Shown: piece by piece, positions 20,334 to 30,716 of the stretch
Layout: every line of letters begins with the position of its first letter
Numbering within the stretch: position 1 is the first letter of the stretch
Assembly: GCA_963666735.1 (NCBI GenBank)
Contig: OY762926.1
Location: 3,584,001 to 3,648,000, forward strand
Origin: Gemmatimonadota bacterium
Lineage (GTDB): Bacteria; Gemmatimonadota; Gemmatimonadetes; Palauibacterales; Palauibacteraceae
Length of the DNA: 64,000 bases
Reading direction: 5' to 3'
Notes under the pieces: model-generated
What the model saw: the letters and a program-made list of their open reading frames with translations, nothing else
Databases searched by the model: none
What the model was told of the DNA's origin: nothing
Translations under genes and position numbers: made by a program

Positions 20334-21286
20334 CTCGCGACGGCCCGCGCCGTGCAGAACCGGGCACAGAGGTCGATCGCGGCGCGCATGGCCCCCGGGT
20401 CCGCGATCCCGCGCCCCGCGATATCCATGGCCGTGCCGTGATCCGGAGAGGTGCGCGGGAAGGGAAGCCCGGCCGTCACGTTCACGCCTTCGTTCATCGC
20501 GATCGTCTTCAGCACCGCGAGACCCACGTCGTGGTAGGGCGTCACGATGAGGTCCGCTTCCCCCGACAGCGCCTTCAGGAAGACGGTGTCCCCGGGGAAG
20601 ATCCCGAGGATGTCCACCTCGGCGTCGGAAGCGAGCCGGGCGAGCGCCGGCGCGAACACCTCGATCTCTTCGTCGCCGAAGAGCCCGCCCTCGCCCGCGT
20701 GCGGATTGAGCCCCGCAAAGGCGAGGCGGGGCCGTTCGATCCCCCACCAGACGCGCAGGGCTTCGATCGCGATCCGGGATCTGCGCGCGAAGAGATCCGC
20801 GTCGAGCACGGAGGGTACGTCGCGCAGGGGGAGATGCGCGGTGAGGAGCGCCAGGCGCAGGGATCCGCCGAGCGGCGTGCGCTCCGCGGCCATCATCATC
20901 GTGACCTCGTGCGCTCCGGCCAGTTCCTGCAGGAACTCCGTATGCCCCGGGTGCGGGTACCCCGCGGCCCGCAGGGCGGCCTTGCTGATCGGCGCCGTGA
21001 CGATGCCGTCGATCTCTCCCGTCCGCGCCATCGCGACGGCCCGTTCGATGGCGCGCCCCGACAGCATGCCCGCGAGCCTCTCGCCGCCCGCGGGGTCCCA
21101 GTCTCCCACCGTCTCCCGCGGCACCCCTTCCAGGCGGTCCTCCATCTCGCCGAGCGACCGCGGCCCCACGAGGACCGCTTCGAACCCGTCCGCCCCCGAG
21201 GTCGAGGAGAGCGCCGCCGCGGTCACCTCCGGGCCGATCCCGCGCGGATCGCCCAGCGTGATCCCGAGGCGCGGCATGTGGGTCAT
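20330..21286 (-). CDS. pdxA: 4-hydroxythreonine-4-phosphate dehydrogenase
   Basis: GDPRGIGPE, GHTEFL, NPHAGE, RTSPDHGTA. Confidence 0.95.
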   Translation of the reverse strand: MTHMPRLGITLGDPRGIGPEVTAAALSSTSGADGFEAVLVGPRSLGEMEDRLEGVPRETVGDWDPAGGERLAGMLSGRAIERAVAMARTGEIDGIVTAPISKAALRAAGYPHPGHTEFLQELAGAHEVTMMMAAERTPLGGSLRLALLTAHLPLRDVPSVLDADLFARRSRIAIEALRVWWGIERPRLAFAGLNPHAGEGGLFGDEEIEVFAPALARLASDAEVDILGIFPGDTVFLKALSGEADLIVTPYHDVGLAVLKTIAMNEGVNVTAGLPFPRTSPDHGTAMDIAGRGIADPGAMRAAIDLCARFCTARAVAR

Positions 21287-22692
21287 CCTCCTCGGAATCT
21301 CACATCGATGTACGTGTTGGCACGCACCTCTTCGAGGATGATGTCGATCTGCTTGCGCGTACGGAGGCTCTGCCGGATCTGATCCCGCACGTCGCCGATC
21401 TCGACCGGGCCCTCGGGACGAAACGTCAGGATGTGGACGAGTCCGAACTCGGTGGGACCGCCGCGCTGCATCGGCAGCGGCCCGTACACCATCCCGGCCG
21501 TCGGGGCGGTGAGCCCGGATTCGGCGCCCCCGCCCGTGAACTGGCTGACCAGACTCCCGAGCGGGACATCGTCGAAGCGGATCGCCTCATCGGCCACCTG
21601 TCCACGGAACACGGCCAGGAGTCGTTCGGGGTCGGCCCCCGCCCGCAGGCTGTCCGCGATCTGAATCGCGAGCGTCCGGGCTTCCTCGATGTCTTCGTCC
21701 TTGATTTCGGGGCGCAGGAGGAGGTGGCGCAGAAAACGCTCCGCCCCCCGCTGGCGCTCGACCTTGATGAAGTGGAGTCCGAACTGCGTCTGCACCGGAC
21801 CCACCGTCTGGCCGGGGCGGGCCCCCCAGGCGGCGTCGCCGAACGGTCTCACGAGCAGTTCGCGGTTCATCCAGCCCAACTCGCCGCCCTGCTCTCTGGT
21901 CCCTTCATCGTCGGAATGGCGGCGGGCGAGGACCGAGAACTCCTCCTCGTTCGCGAAGTCGTTCTGGACGCGAATCGTGCGGGCCAGGACGCTGTCCCGC
22001 GCCGCACCGCTTGGCAACGGTGTGACCACGAGCCGGTTGAACGAGACGAGCGCCGGCCGAGGCGGCTGGTTCTGCACGAACTCGTCAAAGGCCGCTTCGA
22101 CCTCCTCCTCGCTGACGATGACGGGCGGCAGGTCGGTGCGTTGCTCGAGTTCGAACCGGTAGGCCTGGCGCATTCCCTCCGCCTGGGCCTGCGAACGGAG
22201 CATCTGGCGGAACTGGAGCATGTTCATGCCCGTCTCTTCCACCGCCAGCATCATCTCATCATCCGAGGAGAACCGGGATCGCCTCTCCGCAAAGATGTCG
22301 TCCGCCATCTGGGTTACGCGATCCTCGGGCACCGTGATTCCCGCGTTCTTCGCCTGCTGGAGATAGATGAGGTCGTCGATCATCGCCTCGAGCACGTCGT
22401 CGGCGAATGCCTTCCATCGATCCGAACCCTCGGGCGGGATCCGGGCGCCGGCACCCTGCAGCTGGTAGAGCGTGATCTGCAGGTCGGAGAACAGGATCGC
22501 CGTGTCGCCGACCACGGCCACGACCCGGTCCAGCGTTTCCACGCCGGCGGGGAACTCCGTCGCGACGACGGTGTCGGGCACCGCGGGTTCGTTCTCCTGA
22601 AGCGCGGAGAGCGGCGCGCTGAGGGCGAGCGCCGCCGCGAGCAGGCAGGCGCCGGCCCGGAAGGCCTTCATTCCAGGATTGATATCGATCAC
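21283..22692 (-). CDS. surA: SurA-like peptidyl-prolyl isomerase
   Basis: DRVVAVV N-domain, GGELGW, TQFGLHFIK rotamase; surA-pdxA synteny. Confidence 0.85.
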   Translation of the reverse strand: MIDINPGMKAFRAGACLLAAALALSAPLSALQENEPAVPDTVVATEFPAGVETLDRVVAVVGDTAILFSDLQITLYQLQGAGARIPPEGSDRWKAFADDVLEAMIDDLIYLQQAKNAGITVPEDRVTQMADDIFAERRSRFSSDDEMMLAVEETGMNMLQFRQMLRSQAQAEGMRQAYRFELEQRTDLPPVIVSEEEVEAAFDEFVQNQPPRPALVSFNRLVVTPLPSGAARDSVLARTIRVQNDFANEEEFSVLARRHSDDEGTREQGGELGWMNRELLVRPFGDAAWGARPGQTVGPVQTQFGLHFIKVERQRGAERFLRHLLLRPEIKDEDIEEARTLAIQIADSLRAGADPERLLAVFRGQVADEAIRFDDVPLGSLVSQFTGGGAESGLTAPTAGMVYGPLPMQRGGPTEFGLVHILTFRPEGPVEIGDVRDQIRQSLRTRKQIDIILEEVRANTYIDVRFRGG

Positions 22693-22693
22693 G

Positions 22694-25600
22694 CTAGACT
22701 CCTCCCGCGGTCACCGGAACTCTCACTTCCTTCGCCTCCGTGCGCCCCGGCGCCGCCAGGATTCCCAGGGCTTCCACCAGCATCGGCAGGAGGGGCTCGG
22801 TTCCCGCCCGTCGCAGGACCAACGATAACGGTTCCAGCCGCCGTACTTCAACGTGCAGCTGGCGGTCCGCGAGCGCGTTCGTAAGCAGCCTGAGCTGAGG
22901 CGAGGCCGTGGCTTCGAACGAGATGCGGGCGTCGTCGTCGGAGGCCCGGATCCAGTCCGCGCCGATCATCGCCCCGAGAATCCGGAGTTCCGCCGCCGCG
23001 AGCAGACGCGCCGCGGGGGGCGGAAGGCGGCCGAAGCGATCCTCGAGTTCCGCACGAAACGCCCTCACCTCCTCCCATTTCGTGAGACGCGAGAGCCAGC
23101 GATAGAGATGCATCTTCACCGGAGACCCGGCGACGTACGCATCGGGGAGGAACGATTCTCCGTCCACGGAGACGCGGGCGCGTGGCGCGGGGTCCGACGA
23201 CTCCCCCCTCAATCGCCGCAGGGTGCTCTCGACGAGCCGCTGCCAGGTCTCGATCCCGACCGCGGTGGCGAAGCCGCTCTGCTCCCCGCCCAGGAGGTTC
23301 CCCGCCCCCCGCAGCTCGAGATCCTTGAGCGCGACCTGGTACCCCGAGCCCAGTTCGGTGTGGTGCTCGAGCACGCGCAGCCGCTCCGCCGCATCCGGGG
23401 CGACATCGGAGGGGACGACGAGGTAGCAGTAGGCCCGGCGGTGAGAGCGGCCGACCCGCCCCCGCAGCTGGTAGAGCTGGGCGAGGCCGAAGTTGTGGGC
23501 GCGGTGGACGATCATCGTGTTCGCGGACGGGACGTCGAGTCCGTTCTCGATGATGGACGTGCAGATGAGCAGATCGATCTCGCCGTCGACGAACAGGTGC
23601 ATGACGTCCTCGAGTTCGCGCTCCGGCATCTGGCCGTGCGCGATCGCGGCCCGCGCCTCGGGCATCAGCCTCTCGACCCGGCTCGCGACGGCGTGGATCG
23701 TCTCCACGCGGTCGTGGACGAAGAACACTTGGCCGCCGCGGTCGAACTCGCGCCGCAGAGCCTCCTCCAGGATCCCGTCATCCCAGGGCAGCACGTGCGT
23801 GATGATCGGCATGCGGTTACGCGGCGGCGTGCGGATCGTGGAGAGGTCGCGCAGCCCGCCGAGCGCCAGGTGGAGGGTCCGGGGGATGGGCGTCGCCGTG
23901 AGGGTGAGGACATCCACCGTCTCGCGGTACTCCTTCAGCCGCTCCTTCTGGCGAACGCCGAAACGCTGCTCCTCGTCGACGATGAGGAGGCCCAGGTCGC
24001 GGAATTCGACGTCGCGCGAGAGGAGCCGGTGCGTGCCGATGACGATGTCGATGGTCCCGGCTGCGAGCCCCGCGACGACCTCGCGCTGCTCGCGGGGGGT
24101 GCGGAAGCGCGACAGCCCTTCCACGTGCACGGGGAAGCCCGCGAGGCGCTCGCGGAAGGTGGTGAGGTGCTGGTCCGCGAGAATCGTGGTCGGGGCGAGC
24201 ACGGCGACCTGCGCGCCGTCCTGTACGGCCTTGAACGCCGCGCGGATCGCGACCTCCGTCTTCCCGAAGCCGACGTCCCCGCACACGAGGCGATCCATCG
24301 GGACCGGCGCCTCGAGATCCCGGCGGACGGCGGCCCAGGCGCTGAGCTGATCCGGCGTCTCATCGTAGAGGAAGGCGGATTCCATCTCGCGCTGCCAGGC
24401 GGTCTCGGCCGGGAAAGCGCGGCCGGGCGACATCTTGCGCCGCGCGTAGAGTTGGAGGAGTTCGACCGCGGTAGCCTCGATCGCCGCGACGGTCCGGTTC
24501 CGGAGTTGCTTCCACTTCCGCCGGCCGAGCTTGTGGACCGCGGGCGGCCGGGCGTCGGAGCCGGCGGCGCTCCACCGTTCGATGAGGTCCAGCCGATAGT
24601 GCGGAAGTCTGAGGATTTCGCCGTCGGCGTAACGGATCTCCATCGTCTCGATCGTCTCGCCGCGCACCTCGACCCGCTCCAGGCCCATGTAGCGGCCGAT
24701 CCCGTGCTCCATGTGAACCACGTAGTCGCCGGGTTCGATGGCCGCGATGGATTCGATGGTGGCGGCGCCGCGCAGCCGCAGGCGGTGGCGGCGATACCGG
24801 CGCCGGAAGACCTCGTGATCCGTGAGGACGAGCAGGGTGCCGGGGACCCCGACCCTGAACCCGCCGCTGAGCGATCCGATGGCGAGGGCGACATCGCGGG
24901 CGAGCGCGGCGCCCCCGCGTTCGGTGAGGATCTCCTCCATCCGCTCGACCTGCCCGTCGTTGTCGCAGAAGACGATGAGTCGTTCGCCGCGGGCCCGCGC
25001 CGTTCCGATCTCCGCCACGAGCCGTTTCATGTCGCGGTCTATGGAGGGTGGAGGCTCGACCGGCAGCCGAATCGCGACCGGCGAACCCTGCTCCGAACTC
25101 TGCTCCGAACCCTGGTCCGGGGCCGTGAATTCGAGGAGGCGGAACGCCGCGAGCCGCCGTTCCGCCTCGGCCGGCGGGAGGACGAGAGACTCGGCCGGCA
25201 CTGCGGCGGCCCCGACGCGCTTCCTCGCGTCCCGGACCTCATCCCACAGGCGTTCGCGCCCCCGGACGCCCCCCTCCGGATCGAGGACCAGAGCGAGCGC
25301 CGCCGGAGGCAGCGTCTCGAGCAGGGCGCGCCGTTCAACGTCGCCCGCCGTTTCGGAGCCCCGAAGCGAGATCGGCAGGACATCCACGCTCGGCAGGGTT
25401 TCGGTCGAACGCTGGGTGAGCGCGTCGAAGCGGCGCACCGACTCCACTTCGTCGCCCCAGAGTTCGATCCGCAGCGGCGCCGGATGTCCGAACGGGAACA
25501 GATCCACGATCCCGCCGCGGATCGCGTAGTCCCCGACTTCACGCACCGTGTGGGTGCGGTCGAATCCCATCTGTTCCAGGCGTTGGCCGAGCTCGGCCAG

Positions 25601-26017
25601 GGGGTGCGCGGTCCCGCGCCGGATCGTGAGAGCGAGGCTCGTGCCGGGGCCGACCGGGATCGGCGCGCGTTCGGCGAGCGCGCGGGCCGTCGTCGCGAGG
25701 ATGCGGCATTGACCGCCCAGCAGCGCCCCGATGGCGTCCACGCGCTGGGCCTCGATCTCGATGTGAGGGTCCGCATCCTCGTACGGGAGGGCCTCGCGCT
25801 GCGGGTAGCAGCGGGCGCCGGCGGCGCCGAGCGTGCGGAGATCCTCGTGCAGAGCCTCGGCCCGCTCGGGCGTGTCGGCGACGAGGACGATGGGCGCGCC
25901 GACCGCCAGGTCGTCGAGCGCGAGCGCAAGGGCGGCGGATCCCGCCCCCGGGAGCGGGTGGACGGACGCACGGGCGCCACGTCGCGAGAGCGCCTCGGGG
26001 ATTCCGGCGGCTCGCAC
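22694..26017 (-). CDS. mfd: Transcription-repair coupling factor
   Basis: VVHMEHGIG, GDVGFGKTEVA, DEEQRFG, QLRGRVGRS, TRCF C-terminus. Confidence 0.97.
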   Translation of the reverse strand: MRAAGIPEALSRRGARASVHPLPGAGSAALALALDDLAVGAPIVLVADTPERAEALHEDLRTLGAAGARCYPQREALPYEDADPHIEIEAQRVDAIGALLGGQCRILATTARALAERAPIPVGPGTSLALTIRRGTAHPLAELGQRLEQMGFDRTHTVREVGDYAIRGGIVDLFPFGHPAPLRIELWGDEVESVRRFDALTQRSTETLPSVDVLPISLRGSETAGDVERRALLETLPPAALALVLDPEGGVRGRERLWDEVRDARKRVGAAAVPAESLVLPPAEAERRLAAFRLLEFTAPDQGSEQSSEQGSPVAIRLPVEPPPSIDRDMKRLVAEIGTARARGERLIVFCDNDGQVERMEEILTERGGAALARDVALAIGSLSGGFRVGVPGTLLVLTDHEVFRRRYRRHRLRLRGAATIESIAAIEPGDYVVHMEHGIGRYMGLERVEVRGETIETMEIRYADGEILRLPHYRLDLIERWSAAGSDARPPAVHKLGRRKWKQLRNRTVAAIEATAVELLQLYARRKMSPGRAFPAETAWQREMESAFLYDETPDQLSAWAAVRRDLEAPVPMDRLVCGDVGFGKTEVAIRAAFKAVQDGAQVAVLAPTTILADQHLTTFRERLAGFPVHVEGLSRFRTPREQREVVAGLAAGTIDIVIGTHRLLSRDVEFRDLGLLIVDEEQRFGVRQKERLKEYRETVDVLTLTATPIPRTLHLALGGLRDLSTIRTPPRNRMPIITHVLPWDDGILEEALRREFDRGGQVFFVHDRVETIHAVASRVERLMPEARAAIAHGQMPERELEDVMHLFVDGEIDLLICTSIIENGLDVPSANTMIVHRAHNFGLAQLYQLRGRVGRSHRRAYCYLVVPSDVAPDAAERLRVLEHHTELGSGYQVALKDLELRGAGNLLGGEQSGFATAVGIETWQRLVESTLRRLRGESSDPAPRARVSVDGESFLPDAYVAGSPVKMHLYRWLSRLTKWEEVRAFRAELEDRFGRLPPPAARLLAAAELRILGAMIGADWIRASDDDARISFEATASPQLRLLTNALADRQLHVEVRRLEPLSLVLRRAGTEPLLPMLVEALGILAAPGRTEAKEVRVPVTAGGV

Positions 26018-26040
26018 GGTCTGGAGGAACGACGTTCGGA

Positions 26041-28047
26041 TCAGTTCGACGCGCCCGATGTGACCTCGCTCCCTTCACCGTCCGCGCGCGGGTGGCGCGA
26101 CCGGCCCGGCGTCGCCAGGTACAACTCGATTCCGATCAGCGCGAGCGCGAGCGCGATCAGCCAGGGGGCCATGTCCCGGCCCCGCCGCGCGCGGAAGATA
26201 CCATCCTGCCAGGCACCCGCGTCGGGGCCCGCCGTGAATACCGGCCGGCCGGCGAACAGTTCCTCCAGTTCGCGCCGCGCCATCGGCGTGGGATCGGTCT
26301 CCTCCGCCGGCACGTTCGCCGCGAAGTGCGTTTCCGCGGCCGCCCCGTCGCTGCCCGTGCCCCGAACCGCATACACCCCCGCCCTGAGCGGCGTGAACCG
26401 CGCTCCGCCCTCTACGCCCCGGATCGTCCCGTCGGGGGATTCGACCTCGCTCGCCCACTCCGGGAGGGTCAGCGGCCGCCCCGCCCCGAAATCGGCGAAG
26501 GGCCAGGTGGCGAGGTGGGACCAGTGCACGAGGAGCGCTTCGAGGAAGGGGACCATGGCCGGATGCGCGGGGATGTCGCTGGCGCCGGCGGTGAGCGGCG
26601 AGGCGAGGATCAGCGCCAGCCGATCGTCCGACTCCGTGCGGATGAGCCACGGTTCTCCGTCTTCCGTGCGGAGCAGGGCCGTGTCCGCGGCCGACCCGCC
26701 GCCCGTCGCGCGCAGGAGGTAGCGCTGCCGGACCCGAACCCCCGAGAGCGAGAACGCGGCCTCCGGCTCCGTGAGTCCGAGGTCGCCCGATCCGGCATCC
26801 ACGCGTGCCTGCCAGGCGACCCCTGAGGAAGCGAGTCCCTGATTGAAAGCCGCGAGATCGACCGGGTCCGCGGGTGGAACGAAAATGACGGTCCCCGCTC
26901 CCTCCCACGGCGCGCCGACGCTCACATCCCCGTCCACGACCGCTACGGCCCCGTTTCCTCCCGCTCCGAGCCGCCCTCCGTCGCGGAGCGTCTCGATGCC
27001 GAGCCCGGCGAAGCTGGTCGCGTCGCCGTGGAAGCGGACCGTGGGCGGAGGCACGACCCGGATCGCGAAGTAGCGCAGGTCGTCGGCCCGCGCGCCGCCG
27101 GGGTCCACCTCCAGCCGCCCCTCGTGCAGCCCCGGTGCGAGTTCGGGGAGGCCGAGGATGGCGCTCGCTCCCCACGGAGCCCGGGCCGCGCCGGCGAGTC
27201 GCCCGTCGAGTTCCAGGCGGATGTCGGCCTCCGCCGCGGCCGGGTTTGACAGGTCCGGCGGGTCCGACGGATCCGGCGAGTCGCCCGGCCCCGTGCGCGC
27301 GCTCCGCACGATGACGCCGTGCCCCGTCCCCGACGGCGCGGTCGTGCCCCCGGTGAGTTCGACATCGACGAGCGCGCCGTTCGGCTCGGCCGGCGGCGGC
27401 GGCGCGTACGCCACGAGAGGGGCGGCGTCGCCTGCCGCCGTCGGGGCGGTCCGGAGCGCAGACGCCTGGAGGTCCGACAGCAACTGGATTTCGCGCCGTC
27501 GTTCGCCCTCGGCCGGGAGCGCCCCGGCCGCCCGGGCCACGACGGCGGCCAGATCGGCCGCACCGTCCGTCGGCCGGAGCTGCCCGAGAGCCGGCGCGGC
27601 GCGCCCCGCGGAGACGCCGGCCGCGAGCGGTTCTCCCACAGTGGGGAAGAGCCACACGCGGTCTTCCGGGCGGGCCGCGGCGAGCGCCGAGCGGGCCAGT
27701 TCCACGAGCGACTCGAACAGGAGGCGGTCTTCGTCCAGCCGCCCGACGCTGGCCGAGTTGTCCACGATGAGCGCGAGGTCCGTCGGCTCGTGGTCGTGGG
27801 CGCCGCCCCGTCCGATGAGCGGACCCGCCGCGGCGAGCGCGAGTGCGATCAGGAGGCCGATCCGCACGGCGAGCAGCAGCAGGTCCGAGGCCGCGAGCGA
27901 CCTCGAGCGCGCGTCTTCCGCGCGGCTCAGGTAGCGGAGCGCCGGAAAGGACACGCGCCGGTCCGTCTGGCGCCGCCGCAGGTGGAGGATGAGCGGCACG
28001 ACGGCGCTCAGCCCGAGCGCGACCGCCCACAGGTAGAGGAAGCTCAA
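26041..28047 (-). CDS. BatA N-terminal/vWA domain membrane protein
   Basis: PLILHL..FPALRYL BatA motif, DNSAS MIDAS-like motif, C-terminal TM; follows DUF58. Confidence 0.8.
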   Translation of the reverse strand: MSFLYLWAVALGLSAVVPLILHLRRRQTDRRVSFPALRYLSRAEDARSRSLAASDLLLLAVRIGLLIALALAAAGPLIGRGGAHDHEPTDLALIVDNSASVGRLDEDRLLFESLVELARSALAAARPEDRVWLFPTVGEPLAAGVSAGRAAPALGQLRPTDGAADLAAVVARAAGALPAEGERRREIQLLSDLQASALRTAPTAAGDAAPLVAYAPPPPAEPNGALVDVELTGGTTAPSGTGHGVIVRSARTGPGDSPDPSDPPDLSNPAAAEADIRLELDGRLAGAARAPWGASAILGLPELAPGLHEGRLEVDPGGARADDLRYFAIRVVPPPTVRFHGDATSFAGLGIETLRDGGRLGAGGNGAVAVVDGDVSVGAPWEGAGTVIFVPPADPVDLAAFNQGLASSGVAWQARVDAGSGDLGLTEPEAAFSLSGVRVRQRYLLRATGGGSAADTALLRTEDGEPWLIRTESDDRLALILASPLTAGASDIPAHPAMVPFLEALLVHWSHLATWPFADFGAGRPLTLPEWASEVESPDGTIRGVEGGARFTPLRAGVYAVRGTGSDGAAAETHFAANVPAEETDPTPMARRELEELFAGRPVFTAGPDAGAWQDGIFRARRGRDMAPWLIALALALIGIELYLATPGRSRHPRADGEGSEVTSGASN

Positions 28048-28053
28048 GCCGCT

Positions 28054-28083
28054 TCGGCTCCCGTCATCTCGGCTCCCGTCATC
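28054..28083. repeat. Perfect 15-bp tandem duplication TCGGCTCCCGTCATC x2
   Basis: Read directly at the DUF58/BatA junction. Confidence 0.85.
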
Positions 28084-29020
28084 CGCCGGCGCGCCTGCGC
28101 ATGAACTGCCGCAGCGCGAGTCCGAGGGGGGTGTCCGTCGTGAGGAGCGCATAGTCGGCTCCCCAGCGCAGCGCCTCCTTGCGCCAGCCGTCGATCGCGG
28201 CCTCGACCGCCTCCCGGTACTGCCTGCGGAGCGCCGCGGAGTTGGCGCCCAGTTCCTCGCCCGTCTCGGGGTCGAAGAAGATCGCCTCCCCCTCCGCGGG
28301 AAGTTCCCGCTCGCCGGGGTCCATGATGTGGAACAGGATCACTTCATGGCCGCGGTGCCGGAGATAGCGCAGGGACATCCGCGTCGTCTCCGGGTCCACC
28401 AGCAGGTCCGAAATGAGCACGACGAGACCCCGCCGCTGCAGCCGGCCGGCGATCTCCTTGAGCGCGGAACCCGCGTCGGTGCGGCCATCGGCGGAGAGGC
28501 GCGTGAGTTCGCCCAGCAGCCGGCGCCAGTGGCGGCGCGTGGTGCGCGGCGCGATGTGCGCCCGCAGCGCCTCGTCGAAGGCGATGAGTCCCGTCGCGTC
28601 CCCCTGCTGTACGAGGAGCAGCGAGAGCGAGGCCGCGAGCAGCCGCGCGTAGGCGAGCTTGGTCGGAAAGCGCTCCCCGTCCGACACCCACCCCATCGAC
28701 CGGCTCACGTCGACGAGAAGGTAGGCCCGCAGGTTCGTCTCCTCCTCGTACTGCTTGATGAAGAGGCGGTCCGTCCGCGCGTAGGCCTTCCAGTCCAGGT
28801 AGCGGAGGTCGTCGCCGTGGTTGTAGGGCCGATCCTCGGCGAACTCGGCGGAAAAGCCGCGCTTCGGCGAGTCGTGGAGCCCGATGAGAAACCCTTCGAC
28901 GATATGGCGCGCCACGAGCTCGAGGTGCGAAAGGCCCACGATCTCGCGCGGACTCGCGAGGTCGAGGCGCTGTCGGGAAGCTTCGAGAGCGGGGGTGAGA
29001 GTTGCGGTGCCTTCGGTCAT
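28079..29020 (-). CDS. DUF58 domain protein (MoxR-associated)
   Basis: EFAEDRPY..GDDLRYLDWKAYARTD, DVSRSM, ISDL. Confidence 0.92.
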   Translation of the reverse strand: MTEGTATLTPALEASRQRLDLASPREIVGLSHLELVARHIVEGFLIGLHDSPKRGFSAEFAEDRPYNHGDDLRYLDWKAYARTDRLFIKQYEEETNLRAYLLVDVSRSMGWVSDGERFPTKLAYARLLAASLSLLLVQQGDATGLIAFDEALRAHIAPRTTRRHWRRLLGELTRLSADGRTDAGSALKEIAGRLQRRGLVVLISDLLVDPETTRMSLRYLRHRGHEVILFHIMDPGERELPAEGEAIFFDPETGEELGANSAALRRQYREAVEAAIDGWRKEALRWGADYALLTTDTPLGLALRQFMRRRAGG

Positions 29021-29105
29021 CGGAAAAGACTAGCAGCCCGTGGCGGAGCCCCGCCACACGTCGCGGACTCGCCTTCGGTCGAACGTCTCTCCGGGAAGGA
29101 AGCGC

Positions 29106-30629
29106 ATGAAAAGGAAGCTGCCGGGAATCAGGCCGACCCTGCCGGGCGCGAGGCCCGCCGCGATGTGGCTTCCGGTGCGGGTCCCGCTGTGGGTCCCGCT
29201 GCTGGCACTCGCGGCCTCCCCCGCGGGCATCTCCGCGCAGGCCGGGACCGGGGCCGGAGCGGCGACCATCACCGCGGACGACCTGCGTTTTCGCATCGGC
29301 GCCCTGGCGCACGATTCGATGCGCGGCCGGGCGACGCCGAGCCCGGAACTGGACAAGGCGGCGCGGCACATCGCCCGCCGTTTCGAGGAGTTCGGCCTCC
29401 AGCCGGCGGACGGGGACAGCTATCTGCAGGAGTATCCGCTGACCGCTTCCCGAGCCGGCTCCCCCGGGCGGCAGTTGCTCGAGATCGACGGTCCGGGCGG
29501 CGGGACGATCGACATGTCCGACTACCTCTCCGTTCCCGGCGGCCGCGGCCAGGCCGCAGGTCCGCTCGCGGTCGTGACGCCCGGCGGCGCGGACCCCCCC
29601 TCGGGCGCTGTCGCGATCATGCGGGTGCCGTCCGATGACATGCGGCGGGGCCTCGAATCCGTCCGCGGCATCCTCGATGGCGGTGCCGTCGCCGTTCTGC
29701 TCGCGCTCGATGTTGCGGACGACTACTTCGACGGCATCCGGCGCTTCTACGCGCGGGAGCGGCTTTCCGTCGGCATGCCGGAGGAACTCGGCGCCCCGGT
29801 CGCCCTCGTCCGGATGCACGCGCTCCCCGAGGCGCTGCGTGCGGCCCTCGCTTCCGGAGCGGGCACGAACGTTTGGGAGGCGACGGTGCGCACGCACTCC
29901 GAATTCCGCGAGGAGAGGGCCTACAACACGATCGGCTGGATCGAGGGTTCGGATCCCGGCCTGCGCGGCGAGTTCGTCGTCTTCACCGCCCACATGGATC
30001 ACGTGGGCGTGGGGCGGCCCGTCGACGGCGACTCCATCTACAACGGCGCCGATGACGACGCCTCGGGAACCGCGGCGATCATCGAACTTGCGCAGGCGTT
30101 CGCGTCGCTGGAAACGCCGCCTCGCCGTTCCCTCGTGTTCATGACCGTGAGCGGGGAGGAGCGCGGCCTTCTCGGCTCCGCGTGGTATGCGGAGAACCCG
30201 CTGTTTCCCCTCGGGGCGACGGTCGCCAACCTGAACATCGACATGATCGGACGGAACTGGCGCGACACCGTCGTGGCGATCGGCGCCGACGAATCGACGC
30301 TCGGCGCGACGCTTCGGCAGACGCTGCGGGATCACCCGGAACTCGGGCTCGAGACGATCGACGACCCGTGGCCGGAGGAGAATTTCTACTTCCGCTCGGA
30401 CCACTACAACTTTGCGAGGAAGGGCGTACCCATTCTCTTCTTCTTTACGGGCACGCACGAGGACTACCACGGTCCCAACGACGAACCGGACCGGATTCTG
30501 TACGACAAGACGGCGCGCATCGCGCGTCTCATCTTTCATCTCGGGCAGCGCATCGCCGACGCCGAAGAACGGCCCGAGTGGGATCCGGCCGCATACCGGC
30601 GGGTTGTAGAGGGCGGCGGTGGGTCGTAG
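29106..30629 (+). CDS. M28 family aminopeptidase, exported
   Basis: AHMDH, NGADDDASG, GEERGLLGS, RSDHYNF, YH; start uncertain (29040/29106). Confidence 0.88.
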   Translation: MKRKLPGIRPTLPGARPAAMWLPVRVPLWVPLLALAASPAGISAQAGTGAGAATITADDLRFRIGALAHDSMRGRATPSPELDKAARHIARRFEEFGLQPADGDSYLQEYPLTASRAGSPGRQLLEIDGPGGGTIDMSDYLSVPGGRGQAAGPLAVVTPGGADPPSGAVAIMRVPSDDMRRGLESVRGILDGGAVAVLLALDVADDYFDGIRRFYARERLSVGMPEELGAPVALVRMHALPEALRAALASGAGTNVWEATVRTHSEFREERAYNTIGWIEGSDPGLRGEFVVFTAHMDHVGVGRPVDGDSIYNGADDDASGTAAIIELAQAFASLETPPRRSLVFMTVSGEERGLLGSAWYAENPLFPLGATVANLNIDMIGRNWRDTVVAIGADESTLGATLRQTLRDHPELGLETIDDPWPEENFYFRSDHYNFARKGVPILFFFTGTHEDYHGPNDEPDRILYDKTARIARLIFHLGQRIADAEERPEWDPAAYRRVVEGGGGS

Positions 30630-30716
30630 ACGGCCGCGGCCGTCGGGTTGCGCCGAGCTATCGAGCTTCGCCGAGCCAGCGGATTTTGCCAGGGCGCCAG
30701 CAGGAGAGTGAGTGAC

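Noticed and set aside
22853..26722. 1289-aa plus-strand ORF
   Set aside because: Antisense shadow of mfd/BatA
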